Part shown: positions 1 through 10,676 of the stretch, in pieces
How positions within the stretch are numbered: position 1 is the first letter of the stretch
Layout of the letters: the number at the start of each line of letters is the position of its first letter
Program-made: the position numbers and the translations under genes
Source of the DNA: Phycisphaerae bacterium
Lineage (GTDB): Bacteria; Planctomycetota; Phycisphaerae; UBA1845
Length of the DNA: 64,000 nt
Direction: 5' to 3'
Assembly: GCA_963666835.2 (NCBI GenBank)
Contig: CAXXGO010000006.1
Location: 736,001 to 800,000 of the forward strand
Notes under the pieces: model-generated
Told to the model about the DNA's origin: nothing
What the model saw: the letters and a program-made list of their open reading frames with translations, nothing else
Database searches by the model: none

Positions 1-187
1 CCGGCGCGCACGCCTTTTGCGCTTCTCCTCTGCTTTCTGGGCTTTCTTTCGCCTGCGCGTCATCGTGCCCAGAGTAGAGCACAAAGTGAGGCTGGGCGCA
101 AGTTTGGTTTATGTTAGGTTGGCTGCACGCCTTCTGAGGGCCCGCGCCCACCGCCCCGAACTCCCCCGAGAATCCCGGACACTATTG
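1..187 (-). mobile_element. Left end of an IS4-family insertion sequence (copy 1; runs off the window edge, transposase ATG at 63-61)
   Basis: Reverse complement of 1-187 matches 31223-31409, including the terminal repeat CAATAGTGTCCGGG and the transposase N-terminus MTRRRKKAQKAEEK. Confidence 0.92.
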
Positions 188-381
188 GCAAGATGCCTGC
201 GTTACGGGTGCGCGTCCCCCACGGCTAAAGCCATGGGCCACCCGTTCTACACAATCAGTACGGCAAGCGTGAGCGACCCGCCCTATGCCATCGGCGTGGC
301 GTGACCCACGGGTCAACAAGTTGGCCCATGCCACCCACGCGGCACCAATGTAGGGCAGGTCGAGGAACGAGACCTGCCGCA
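188..381. repeat. Mosaic of REP-like palindromes
   Basis: GCAAGATGCCTGCGTTAC (188-205), CCCCACGGCTAAAGCCATGGGCCACCCG, and GTAGGGCAGGTCGAGGAACGAGACCTGCC (from 350). The 253-380 block recurs near 3360 and 3826. Confidence 0.85.
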
Positions 382-476
382 ACGGCTGTTAACCGGCGGA
401 TGGCGAGCCCGGAGCCGGGGCGATAAGCCACCGGCTCCGAGCGCGCTTTCAGATTCAACCCGCCGACCGCGGACTA

Positions 477-803
477 CTAAATCGTCCCGCACGGGCAGGC
501 GACCTCAATCTCGTCTTGCTCACAGCCGGATCCGAAGCGTTCTTCACAGTCTAGACCATCCCAACAACAGACCGCCATCGGCTCCCCGTTTCCGGGATCG
601 GTCGGATCTGCGCGCAAAGCGTCGGGCATTTGCACCGGCTCGATAGCCGCCGGCAGCGGCGTTGGAGCAACGTCAACCGCCGCGTCCTTCGCCGAGGCAT
701 CGGCTCCGACCATAACCGCCAACAGGCCCAGCAGAATGAAGCTTACTCCGAGAGTCCTCGTATTGACCAACCGGCGTGCGATACTCCCATAGTCACTCGA
801 CAT
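477..803 (-). CDS. Small secreted/membrane-anchored protein with Cys-rich C-terminal module
   Basis: ATG at 803 preceded by GAAAGGAAG; hydrophobic segment LGVSFILLGLLAVMVG; C-terminus AVCCWDGLDCEERFGSGC..ACPC. Confidence 0.6.
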   Translation of the reverse strand: MSSDYGSIARRLVNTRTLGVSFILLGLLAVMVGADASAKDAAVDVAPTPLPAAIEPVQMPDALRADPTDPGNGEPMAVCCWDGLDCEERFGSGCEQDEIEVACPCGTI

Positions 804-1250
804 TTGACACTTCCTTTCATCTTCTGAGCGCGTACGTTCTCCGGGACCGAGGTGCCGAGCGTTTGACACATCAGCCGTTTCCGATTAGGAATGTGCCGCG
901 GTCACAAACCGGACGGCGGGGATGTAAGCCCGAAACACCGAACGCGTGCATGCCGTGCGGGATGCCCGCTATGACCGGTGCATCTGCATCGGTCGGGGCG
1001 TCCCGGTCGGCAGGAAGGCCCCGAAGGACCTCGGCGCGCAGAGCAAGCCCGCCGGCGCGCTGAAGTTCGTTCAAACGCACCAGGCCGCGTTTTAGGGCGA
1101 GACAAACTCGCCCGCCCCCGCGACCTTTGGGGGTGTCTCAGGCTCTACATCTCGTCGTCTACCCTTACCCGGACAGATTCGAGGGCGTGATTTTCGCGCG
1201 CGTGGTATTTTTTTGAGTTTTTTTTTGGCGAGGTCTTGTGGAGTGTCTCT

Positions 1251-1782
1251 GCGGGTGCCCCGTCCTTCGCCGTGGGGCTCATCGCGGTAGGCAGAGAGCC
1301 TCGTATTCAGACGCGGTTACGGTATGCGCGCCACGTTTCAGGCGAAGGGTGGGGAATCGATTGCGGAGGGGGAGTGTTTTTCGGGTTTTCGTCCGTCCCC
1401 CACCCATTCCGGCGGGGAGGCGGCGTGGCTACTGCAGATCGACAGACGCCGGAATGGATGGGGCACCCGCGCAGATGGCGGATAGCGTTGTCGGAATGGA
1501 TCGAGCAGCGCCGGCGGGTGAAGGGCACGGTCGAGGTACGAGACCTGCCACAACGGCGCGCATTGTCCCAAGCCATGTCCGGGGAACAGCGTTGTTCGGT
1601 GCATTGCGCGAGGTGCTGCAGGCAGGATGCCTGCGCTACGTGATGGTGTCCCCCACGACTAAAGCCATGAGCCACCCGCGTGGGTGCGATCTCGGATGTG
1701 TTCCCGTCCCGGCGGGCCGGCGGACGCTTGCGGGGATCGCGCGAATACCAACGGCAGGTCTCGTACCTCGACCATGCCCTAC
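1251..1782. repeat. REP mosaic including an inverted REP pair (1520-1549 and 1752-1782)
   Basis: GGGCACGGTCGAGGTACGAGACCTGCC and its reverse complement, GCAGGCAGGATGCCTGCGCTAC, CCCCACGACTAAAGCCATGAGCCACCCG and GCCGGAATGGATGGGGCACCCGC units. Confidence 0.85.
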
Positions 1783-1968
1783 ACTCGCTGCCGTACGGTA
1801 AACCGTCCCGTTGGCGACGCGGGTATATGGCCGTGGGTGGATTGCAGCGGGCGTCGGTGTGCCCTCGCGATCCAACTGGCAAAATAAGACACCTAATTCG
1901 GGAACAGATTCGGATCGGGGGTCTTATTATGGGTGTGAGGACGACGTGATCATGGTCGTGAGGGTGAA

Positions 1969-2565
1969 GTGAGTTTGGTTCAGACCCAGGCAGGTGCAAT
2001 CGAGATCGCTACGGCGGCGATGGAGCCGGAGCACGAGCTGATCGAGCGGGTAGCGCGAGATCGGGAGGCTTTCGGTGCGTTCTACGAGCGGTATTGCCCG
2101 ATGCTCTCGGCGTATGTGTATCGCCGGACGGGCGACGTGCATGCCACCGAAGACCTCGTGGCCGACGTGTTCCTGATCGTCATTCGGAAGATCTCCGGGT
2201 ACCGATGCCGGGGAATCCCCGTGCGGTTCTGGCTCATGCGGATCGCGACGAATGTCGTGAATCGCTGGGCTCGGCGGCAACGGCGCGGGGCGCTGAAGTC
2301 CCTCAAGGCCGACGAACTGATCGACGAATCCGGGTCGTCCTCACAAGGCGCAGGCGACGAAGAGCACCTTCAGCGTGCGCTGTTATCGCTACCGCCGAGG
2401 TACCAGGCCGTGCTGGCGCTGTGCCACCTGGAGGGCCTCTCCGGTAAGGAGGCCTCCGCGATTCTGGGCATCCGCGAAGGCACGGTGAGATCAAGATTGG
2501 CGCGAGCGCGTGACGCACTCCGCATGAAACTGAGCGAACGGAGACAGTACCGTGCAAGATCATAA
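1969..2565 (+). CDS. ECF RNA polymerase sigma factor
   Basis: Region 2 (AFGAFYERY, TEDLVADVF, WLMRIATN) and region 4 (LPPRYQAVL..EGLS..EASAILGIREGTVRSRLARAR). Start could be ATG 2020. Confidence 0.93.
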   Translation: MSLVQTQAGAIEIATAAMEPEHELIERVARDREAFGAFYERYCPMLSAYVYRRTGDVHATEDLVADVFLIVIRKISGYRCRGIPVRFWLMRIATNVVNRWARRQRRGALKSLKADELIDESGSSSQGAGDEEHLQRALLSLPPRYQAVLALCHLEGLSGKEASAILGIREGTVRSRLARARDALRMKLSERRQYRARS

Positions 2566-3172
2566 CGATCCGGTTGACGAAGCGCTCGAGTCTCTTGCGG
2601 GCCGAGGACGACCCGCAGGTTTTCGCGAACATCAGATTAAGGAGAAGCTCATGCAGGAGATCGGACCTAATAATCCGGCGGCCCGTGGGGGCGGCCGCCG
2701 CGTGTTGATGGCTATCTTGGGCCTGCTCGTTCTGGGCAGTGTCGGGTTCGCCGCGGCCGGCGGGATCGAGGCGGTTCAGAGCTGGCTGATTACCGTAGAG
2801 GTGAACGGTGAGCAGATCGACGTTCAAACCACCGCCGAAATCGAGATCTACGAAAGCGATGAAGAAATCGCCGTTTGGCTCGATCGCACCGGGATCGCCA
2901 CCGACACGGACCAGCCTTCTCTGGCCAGGATCACGATCGCTCCCGATCCTGATCAGGACGGCGCGTTCACCATTCAAAGTGAAGACGGCGAGCCGAAAAC
3001 CGTTCATTTCACCGACGTGTCGGAGGACGGCGCCGCGACCATAACCATCGCCGATATTGAGGAGCCCGCCACAATATTGCGGGGCAGCGTCGGCGGCGAG
3101 ATGACTACGGTTACCGTTACGGTCGCCAAACCGGAGCCCGAAGAGGCTGACGAAACCGAAGCGGACGAGTAG
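2552..3172 (+). CDS. Putative anti-sigma factor (single TM, acidic extracytoplasmic domain)
   Basis: Overlaps the sigma stop; short N-terminal domain, TM segment VLMAILGLLVLGSVGFAAAG, acidic C-terminal part. Confidence 0.7.
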   Translation: MQDHNDPVDEALESLAGRGRPAGFREHQIKEKLMQEIGPNNPAARGGGRRVLMAILGLLVLGSVGFAAAGGIEAVQSWLITVEVNGEQIDVQTTAEIEIYESDEEIAVWLDRTGIATDTDQPSLARITIAPDPDQDGAFTIQSEDGEPKTVHFTDVSEDGAATITIADIEEPATILRGSVGGEMTTVTVTVAKPEPEEADETEADE

Positions 3173-3357
3173 ATCCCGCTACGACCGGCTTTGGGAAGAG
3201 GGGCGGGCGGGTACCCAGCCGAGACCATCTCTGGATGACGCGAGCGGGCATCTGCCCGGAGCCGGTCCACCCTCCTTTCGGCAGAACGTCGAGCGCCCGC
3301 GATGCAGTTGGTGTCGCGGGTGCTTTATTGTGCCTGCGCCCGTGACATTAGGCGCGC

Positions 3358-4275
3358 CGCAATCAGTACGGCGAGCGTGAGCCACCCGCTCTATGCCTCC
3401 GGTCTCTCACGCCCACGAATCAACAGGTTGCCCCATGCCACCCATGCGGCACCCTTGTAGGGCATGGTCGAGGAACGAGACCTGCCGTTGTTTTCGCGCG
3501 ATGTGCACCATGTAAACTCACGCCGAAGGCGTTTCACAGCAAAGCCCAGGGTAAACGAAGCGGCGTAGCCGCGCAGTGCCACCCTGGGTCACGAAGCCCC
3601 CTTGCGCACCAACCCCGAAGTGAGTTGAACAACGCCGCAACCCCATCGGGGTTGATCTTCGATGTGACCGTGATCCCAGGGTAGCCGCTGCGCGGCAACC
3701 CTGGGCTATAGGACGCAACGCCTACCTTCCTGACATATGTCACTATCTTCGGCGTATTTCGCCTGCGGCCGGGTGGCCCATGGCTTCACCCGTGCGGGAC
3801 TCAAACCGTCGTCTGGGTGCTACGCAATCAGTACGGCGAGCGTAAGCGACCCGCTTCGTGCCCCTGGGCGTGTCACGCCCCACGGCTCAACAAGTTGACA
3901 CGTGACACCCAGGTGGCACCGTACGTAGGGCAGGTCGAGGCACGAGACCTGCCGCAACAGCGCGCATCGCGCGAAGGCTGCGTAACGATTCGAGTCCCCC
4001 ACCTCTAAAGAGGCGGGCCACCCAGCCACATGACACTCCGGTGTCACCGTACGTAGGGCAGGTCGAGGTACGAGACCTGCCGCAACAGCGAGCATCGCGC
4101 GAAGGCTGCGTGACGATTCGAGTCCCCCACCTCTAAAGGGCTTGTCGGTTTAATCGATTTCGCGAGATTTAGATGGCTGGCTCGGAGCCAAAACATAGGT
4201 TTTCATTCTTGACAGCCAACTCGTGCGCTCGATTTCGATTAAATCGACAGCCCCTAAAGAGGCGGGCCACCCGGC
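3358..4275. repeat. Large REP mosaic between convergent genes, including a ~128-bp-period direct duplication (3918-4008 / 4046-4138)
   Basis: Three GTAG-REPs (3457, 3925, 4053) and a ~200-bp CCCAGGGTAGCCGCTGCGCGGCAACCCTGGG-type element (3520-3723) also seen at 39954-40165. Confidence 0.85.
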
Positions 4276-4314
4276 TTCGGCGTATTTTGCCTACGGCCGG
4301 GAGGCCGCACAATC

Positions 4315-6123
4315 TTACATCTTCTCCAGAGTCTTGATGCCCAGCAGGTCCAGCCCGAGCTGGAGGGTGCGGGCGGTCAGATCGCACAACCGCAAGCGCG
4401 ATAGCCGCGTGGCTTCCGGCGACGCGTCAATGACGCGAACGCCCAGCTTCTTGTCGTAGAACCGGCTGAACTGCTTGGCCAGGTCAAACAGGTAATCGGT
4501 CAGCAGGTTCGGGCGCAAGTCGCGGCCCAGCATCCTGACGACGTCGACGAACTGCAAGAGCTTTGCGGCCAGCGCCAGCTCCGCCGGATGCTCGAGCGCC
4601 ACCGGCAGATCGCGCGGTAGCGTCTCGAAGTCAATATCGGCCTTGCGGGCAATCGAACGAATCCGGGCGTAGGCGTAGAGCATGTACGGGGCGGTGTTCC
4701 CCTCCAAAGCCAGCATGGTATCGAGGTCGAATTTGTAGTCGCTTGCCAAAGAGTGCGACAGATCGGCGTATCTGACCGCTCCCAGGCCCACCGTTTCGGC
4801 GATTCGGGTAATCTCGTCCGAAGTGAACGCCCGATCGGACTTGCCCGCATCGTCAACCTGCTGCTCCACAACCCGCCGCGCCCGTGCGACGGCCTCGTCC
4901 AACAGATCCCGCAGTTTCACCGTACCGCCTTCGCGCGTTTTGAAGGGTCTGCCGTCGGCGGCCAGCATGTTCCCAAAACCAAGGTGGACCATTGACACGT
5001 CGTCGCCTGCCAGCCCGACCTTCCGAGCGGCCGCGAAGACCATGTCCAGATGCTGCTTCTGGGCCAGCCCGACCACGTAGATCAGACGCTTGGCCGCCAG
5101 CTCTTCAACCCGATGCACGATGGTGGTCAGGTCGGAGGTCGCGTAGTTGAACGCCCCGTCGGACTTCTGCACGATCAACGGCAGGGGATCACCGTCGCGC
5201 GTAGTGAAACCCTCCAAAAAGACGCACAGGGCTCCATCACTTTCGCGCACGGCCCCACCCGGTTCACTTTTCTCGATGTCCTTGAGTCGTTGGACCAGGG
5301 TTTCCATCCCGGCGGTGTAGAAGCTCTCGCCGCGGTCGATCACCTCAACCCCGAGCCGGTCGTAGATGGCGTGACAATGGCGTAAGGACTCGTCGCAAAA
5401 GGCCTGCCAGATCTTCCGGGTATGCGGGTCGCCCTGCTGCAAGGCAACCACGGTTTCGCGCGATTCATTCTTGAAATCGTCGTCCGCGTCGAACCGGGCT
5501 TTCGCTTCGACGTAGAACGACTCTAAATCGCGGATGACCAGCTCGTCCGGGCTCTCGGCCACGTCCGGGCGGACCCGGCGAAGGTGGGCCACCAACATCC
5601 CGAACTGCGTGCCCCAATCGCCCACGTGGTTTTCGCGATGGACGGTGTGCCCCTCGAACTCCAGAACCCGGGCCACGCAATCGCCGATCACCGTGCTGCG
5701 CAGGTGGCCGACGTGCATTTCTTTGGCCAGGTTCGGACTGGACAGATCGACGACGCAAACCGTCGGCTCCGCCACCCGAGCGATGCCCAACCGATCGCCG
5801 TCGGGCTCTCCAACCGGTGGGATCTCCTCCAGACACCGGGCGAAGTACTCCGGCCTGATCTTGAAATTGATGAACCCGGGTCCGGCGATTTCCGGCGGTG
5901 CGCAGATATCATCGATGTCCAACTGCTCCACGATCGCCCCGGCGATGTCGCGTGGCTTGCGGCCAAGCTGCTTGCCCAACCCCATAGCGCAGTTTGACTG
6001 GTAGTCTCCGAACTTGCGGTTCTGGGCCACCGTTATCAGTGGGTCGCCGACTCCGCCGACTCGTTGAATCGCTTCTTGGACACGTCGTGAGAGTTCATCA
6101 TGGATAGACTTCAATGCTCGCAA
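4315..6123 (-). CDS. argS: Arginine--tRNA ligase
   Basis: FGDYQSN, GPGFIN, SSPNLAKEMHVGHLRSTVIGD (HIGH-like), GDWGTQFG, FKTREG, GNTAPYMLYAYARI. Confidence 0.97.
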   Translation of the reverse strand: MRALKSIHDELSRRVQEAIQRVGGVGDPLITVAQNRKFGDYQSNCAMGLGKQLGRKPRDIAGAIVEQLDIDDICAPPEIAGPGFINFKIRPEYFARCLEEIPPVGEPDGDRLGIARVAEPTVCVVDLSSPNLAKEMHVGHLRSTVIGDCVARVLEFEGHTVHRENHVGDWGTQFGMLVAHLRRVRPDVAESPDELVIRDLESFYVEAKARFDADDDFKNESRETVVALQQGDPHTRKIWQAFCDESLRHCHAIYDRLGVEVIDRGESFYTAGMETLVQRLKDIEKSEPGGAVRESDGALCVFLEGFTTRDGDPLPLIVQKSDGAFNYATSDLTTIVHRVEELAAKRLIYVVGLAQKQHLDMVFAAARKVGLAGDDVSMVHLGFGNMLAADGRPFKTREGGTVKLRDLLDEAVARARRVVEQQVDDAGKSDRAFTSDEITRIAETVGLGAVRYADLSHSLASDYKFDLDTMLALEGNTAPYMLYAYARIRSIARKADIDFETLPRDLPVALEHPAELALAAKLLQFVDVVRMLGRDLRPNLLTDYLFDLAKQFSRFYDKKLGVRVIDASPEATRLSRLRLCDLTARTLQLGLDLLGIKTLEKM

Positions 6124-6219
6124 ACTCCATCTGACCGGAGGGGAAAAAGGCCTCTGAGCAGAGGATAGTACCCGCGGATGGGCGGCTGGGAAGGGTGGTG
6201 GATCCCACGGACGAGCGGA

Positions 6220-6591
6220 TCAGGCCGAGGCCGACTCGCTACGAGCCCAGTCTACGCGAGGTGCGTCCCCCCAGAGCAGCTCCAGGTCGTAGTACGTCCG
6301 ATATGGCTTGGCGAACCCATGGAACACCACGGTCACGAAGTCCACGAGGACCCAGGTGGCCTGGTCGTACCCGCTTTTGCCGAACGGGCGCTCTCCGTGC
6401 TGCTTGGCGCGTTCGATCACCATGTCGGCCATCGCCCGGATCTGCCGGTCGGACGTGCCGGTGGCGATGACGGTGAAATCAGTAACCGGGCTGATTCCGC
6501 GCAGATCCAGCACGACAACATCCGTGGCCCGCGCGTCATGCGCGACGCGGGCCATCTCGATGGCAAGCTGATGGGCCGTTCCTTCTGACAT
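6220..6591 (-). CDS. rsfS: Ribosome silencing factor
   Basis: VVVLDLRGISPVTDFTVIATGTSDRQ, WVLVDF..VVFH, YYDLELLWGDA. Confidence 0.93.
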   Translation of the reverse strand: MSEGTAHQLAIEMARVAHDARATDVVVLDLRGISPVTDFTVIATGTSDRQIRAMADMVIERAKQHGERPFGKSGYDQATWVLVDFVTVVFHGFAKPYRTYYDLELLWGDAPRVDWARSESASA

Positions 6592-7005
6592 AGGGTTAGT
6601 CTACCCGAAAACAGGTGATTCGGCCACAGTCAAAATTCAGGCGTTACCGGACTCGCCCGTGAGTTCGGTGCAGAGAACTGTCTGATGTGTCTGCCGACAA
6701 ACCGTCCTGCGCGCAAGCGCGAGTGTCGTTATCTCAGTGCCATAATCCGGGATATCAAGCCGAGGATCCTGTGGATCGGTCATGAGAACATGCCCGTGCG
6801 CACCGCTCATCACGAGCGTTACGCCCGACGCCTGGGTCCAGTTCCGGTCCTGTCAGGACAGACGAAACCTCATTATCGCTTTGCGTGGCCTCGTGAGGTG
6901 TGGTAGCCTAGAGCGGTGCGACGGACCCGTGGAGGATCGCGCACGACCTGTTTCGGCCGCTCATGGAGGTGCGGCCTGCTTGGGCACAGGGAGGTAGCCG
7001 AATCG

Positions 7006-10000
7006 ATGTTCCTCAAACGCGCCACACTTTACGGTTTCAAGAGCTTCTGCGACCGGGTCGAGTTCGAGTTCGGTCCGGGGGTGACGTGTGTCGTTGGCCC
7101 CAACGGTTGCGGTAAGAGCAATCTCGTCGACGCTTTCAAATGGGTGCTGGGGGAGCAGTCGGCCAGGTCTCTCCGTGGCCGGCAAATGCTCGATATGGTC
7201 TTCAACGGGTCGAGCTCGCGCCGCAGCAGCAGTATGGCCCAGGTCGACCTGGTCTTCGACAACAGCGACCAGTCACTGCCGATCGACCACCACGAAGTAA
7301 CGATAACCCGCAAGCTCTACCGGTCCGGGGAAAGCGAGTATCTGCTCAACCGCGAAGCGAGCCGGCTGAAGGACATCCGCGAGCTTTTCATGGACACTGG
7401 GGTGGGCGTCGATGCCTACTCGGTCATCGAACAGGGCCGGGTTGACGGTCTTCTGCAGAGCAGCCCCACGGAACGACGGACCATCTTCGAAGAGGCGGCC
7501 GGAATCTCCAAATACAAAGCCCGGCGGCGCGAGGCGGAACGCAAGCTCGAGCGGACCCAGCAGAACCTGCTCCGGGTGGCGGACATTATCGAAGAGATGG
7601 AGAAACGGCTGCGCAGCGTCCGGCTGCAAGCCGGCAAAGCCCGCCGGTTCAAGGAGCACGAGGCTCGGCTGAACGAACTTAGATCGACCTTCTCCCTGGC
7701 AGAGTATCACCGGTTTACCGAAGAGATCGGCCGGTTGACCGGCGAGGCCCAAACGCGCACCGATCGGGCAACGGCACTCCGCACGGAAATAGACCGCAAC
7801 GAAGCGGAGAACTCCCAGGTTACTCTGCGGCTCGATCAACTGGCGGAGGAGATCAGCACCGCAGACAATCAGCTTGTTCAGGCCAAGTCCGACTTGGCGG
7901 CGCAGCAGGAGCGGATCGAGGCGGCCGGGCGTCGTGCTGAAGAACAGCAGGCTCTGCGCGGGCGGCTGCGGGAACGGCTGGCCACCGATGACCAGCGAAT
8001 GGCCGAAGCCCGGTCGGAACTGGACGAGGTGCAGCAGGCGGCAGTTGCCCTGCAGCAACAGACCCATGACCGGCAAGCGGAGATTGACGGGCTGCACGAA
8101 CGGGACCAGGCGCTGGCCCGCGAGTTGACCGAGGCGCAGGCTATCTTGGAGGACGAGAAAGCCGGCATTATCGACTTGCTCCGTCAAAGCGCGCAAACGC
8201 ATAATGAGATCATCCGTCTGAACACTCACCGAGAGTCGTTGCTTGGCCAAAAAGGGCGGCTCTCTCAGCGCGACGAGCAGATTTCCAGTGAGCTGGCGAT
8301 TCAACTTGAGCAGCGGGCTGCTTTGGAAATGCGTCTGCGCGAGGTCGAGGAACTGATCGCCGCAGAAACGCGGCGGCTCGAGGACAAGAAACGCGAAACC
8401 GCCCAGATGAGTGCCCTCCAACAGCGGCTCGAAGATGAACTAGCCTCTACGAGGGAGCGGCGTAGCGCTTTGCTCTCGCGTCGCGAGGTTCTGCAGGATC
8501 TCGAGCAACGCATGGAAGGTGTCGGGGCGGCCGTTCGCAGCATTATTGACGAACGGCAGATGGACGATGCCGCTGAGGAACTGGACTGCGTTGCCGGAAT
8601 CGTGGCGGAGCTTTTCGAGACGGATGTAGCCCACGTTCGCGTCATTGAGGCGGCTCTGGGAGATTCGGATCAGAATCTGGTCGTCACCGACACGTCCCGT
8701 TTCCTTAGCTACTTGGCGCGAACCGGGGAACTGCCCGGTCGACTGAACACGATCTGCCTGGACCGCTTACCGCCGCTGGTGAACGAGCGAGACTTCTCCT
8801 ATAAGCCGGGGTTCGTCACGCGGGCTTTGGATCTGGTGCGCTTCTCTCAAGAACACACGCAACTCGCCGGGCAATTGCTGGGCAAGACCGTGGTGGTGGA
8901 GAACCTCGCCGCTGCTCTGGAGATGGCGACCGATGACGTGGCCGGTCACCGGTTCGTGACGTTAGGCGGTGAAGTGATCGAGCCGGATGGGCGCGTTCGC
9001 GTCGGTCCGACTTCGTCGGGAGCGGGTCTGATCTCGCGTAAGAGTGAGCTGCGCGATATTGACAGTCAGATGACATCTATCGATGGACGGATTACATCGC
9101 TGGCCGACCAGCTTAATCGCACCCAGGCCGAAGTCCGCCATCTTGACGGCGTGCAGCAGGAACTGCGTACCGCTATCTACGAATCGAATACCGCCAAGGT
9201 GGAAGCCTCCGCCGCTCTGCAGAGTATTGCCGAGACCATCGAGCGGCTCACGAACGAGCAGCCCCTAATCACCCGGGAAGTGGAGTTCATCGAACAGCAG
9301 ATCAACGAAGTGCTCGAAAAGAGCGAGGAGGGCGGACGGTCTCTCCAGGAGTTAGAGCGTAGAAACAAGGAGCGCGAAGAAAGCGTCGAGAAGCATCAGC
9401 AGCGCATTGATGAAACCGTGGCGGCGCGGCGTGAGGTCCAGGAACAGCTTACCCAAGCTCGGGTCCAGATCGGTCAGCTTACCGAGAAGCGGGCCGCAGC
9501 CGCGGACCGAATCCATGCGTTGCGGCGCGGTATTCGGGAAGTCGAAGAGTCTTTGGTTACAGCCCGGCGCGACATCGAGCAATGTGCCACGCGGATCGAG
9601 GAAGCTGAAGCCACCATGTCCGCCGGCCGGGAGCAGCTCTCCGTGCTAGCCGATCGAATCGGTGAACTGGAAGGCAGGGCGGGGCGATTGAGAAACGAAC
9701 GGGATCAGCTCCGGCTCGATATGGACGGCCGAACCCAGGCCATCAAAGCCGCGCGCGGGCAGCTTGCGGCGTGCGAAGCTGAACTCCACGAGTATCAGAT
9801 GAGCCTCGCGGAGACGAATGTGCGGCGCCATGAACTGGTTACCCGCGTGCGCGACGAGTTGAACATCGACCTGGCCGCACGATACGAACAGTACGAACAC
9901 CAGGAGCAGGACTGGGAGGCCGTCGAGGCCGAGATCGCCGATCTACGCGGGAAGATGGACCGGCTCGGTAATGTCAACCTCGACGCCATCAGCGAGTTGC

Positions 10001-10572
10001 AGGAACTCGAGGAACGCCATACCTTCTTGAGCACCCAGCGAGACGATCTGACGGACTCGCAGCGACAGCTCGAGCAGTTGATTGCGATGCTCAATACGGA
10101 ATCTCGTGATCGGTTCAAGGCGGCTTTCGAGCAGATTCGCGAGCACTTCCGCGGTATGTTCCGCAAGCTGTTCGGCGGCGGGCGGGCGGACATCATCCTG
10201 GAGGACACGGAGGATGTTCTCGAATGCGGGATCGACATCGTCGCCCAGCCGCCGGGCAAGGAGCTGCAGTCCATCTCCTTGATGTCCGGTGGTGAGAAAT
10301 CGATGACGGCCATCGCCCTACTCATGAGCATCTTCAAGAGTCGCCCGGCCCCGTTCGCGTTCCTGGACGAGGTCGATGCTGCGCTGGACGAGGCGAACAA
10401 CGATCGATTCAATCGGATCATCCAGGAATTCGTAACGGAGTCACAGTTCATCGTCATTACGCACTCGAAGCGAACGATGAGTATCGGCGACCGCCTCTAC
10501 GGCATCACGATGCCCGAGCCGGGAGTGTCAACCCCGGTGAGCGTGCAGCTCGCCGACGTAAACGTAGCCTGA
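7006..10572 (+). CDS. smc: Chromosome segregation protein SMC
   Basis: GFKSF, Walker A GPNGCGKSN, long coiled coils with hinge, signature MSGGEKS, LDEVDAALD, VITH. ATG 7006 follows GGAGG. Confidence 0.97.
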   Translation: MFLKRATLYGFKSFCDRVEFEFGPGVTCVVGPNGCGKSNLVDAFKWVLGEQSARSLRGRQMLDMVFNGSSSRRSSSMAQVDLVFDNSDQSLPIDHHEVTITRKLYRSGESEYLLNREASRLKDIRELFMDTGVGVDAYSVIEQGRVDGLLQSSPTERRTIFEEAAGISKYKARRREAERKLERTQQNLLRVADIIEEMEKRLRSVRLQAGKARRFKEHEARLNELRSTFSLAEYHRFTEEIGRLTGEAQTRTDRATALRTEIDRNEAENSQVTLRLDQLAEEISTADNQLVQAKSDLAAQQERIEAAGRRAEEQQALRGRLRERLATDDQRMAEARSELDEVQQAAVALQQQTHDRQAEIDGLHERDQALARELTEAQAILEDEKAGIIDLLRQSAQTHNEIIRLNTHRESLLGQKGRLSQRDEQISSELAIQLEQRAALEMRLREVEELIAAETRRLEDKKRETAQMSALQQRLEDELASTRERRSALLSRREVLQDLEQRMEGVGAAVRSIIDERQMDDAAEELDCVAGIVAELFETDVAHVRVIEAALGDSDQNLVVTDTSRFLSYLARTGELPGRLNTICLDRLPPLVNERDFSYKPGFVTRALDLVRFSQEHTQLAGQLLGKTVVVENLAAALEMATDDVAGHRFVTLGGEVIEPDGRVRVGPTSSGAGLISRKSELRDIDSQMTSIDGRITSLADQLNRTQAEVRHLDGVQQELRTAIYESNTAKVEASAALQSIAETIERLTNEQPLITREVEFIEQQINEVLEKSEEGGRSLQELERRNKEREESVEKHQQRIDETVAARREVQEQLTQARVQIGQLTEKRAAAADRIHALRRGIREVEESLVTARRDIEQCATRIEEAEATMSAGREQLSVLADRIGELEGRAGRLRNERDQLRLDMDGRTQAIKAARGQLAACEAELHEYQMSLAETNVRRHELVTRVRDELNIDLAARYEQYEHQEQDWEAVEAEIADLRGKMDRLGNVNLDAISELQELEERHTFLSTQRDDLTDSQRQLEQLIAMLNTESRDRFKAAFEQIREHFRGMFRKLFGGGRADIILEDTEDVLECGIDIVAQPPGKELQSISLMSGGEKSMTAIALLMSIFKSRPAPFAFLDEVDAALDEANNDRFNRIIQEFVTESQFIVITHSKRTMSIGDRLYGITMPEPGVSTPVSVQLADVNVA

Positions 10573-10676
10573 TAGGTCGGGATTGTCTCTTGACTCTCTC
10601 GGCACAAGAAGGCGGCCGGGCGATGGTGAACACCGAAGCGTGACCGGAGCATAATCAGGGAGCCTTGCGGGCAGCG

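Noticed and set aside
1236..1999. Several 130-230-aa ORFs containing RQVSYLD / GLVPRPCPT peptides
   Set aside because: They are translations of REP mosaics; the same peptides recur at every REP cluster.
3358..4140. Recurrent 30-bp repeat as CRISPR direct repeat or integron attC
   Set aside because: Copies are dispersed, irregularly spaced and in both orientations; they fit GTAG-REPs. No integrase or cas gene is present.
7273..8421. 382-aa minus-strand ORF
   Set aside because: Antisense shadow of smc, expected in GC-rich DNA; no motifs.
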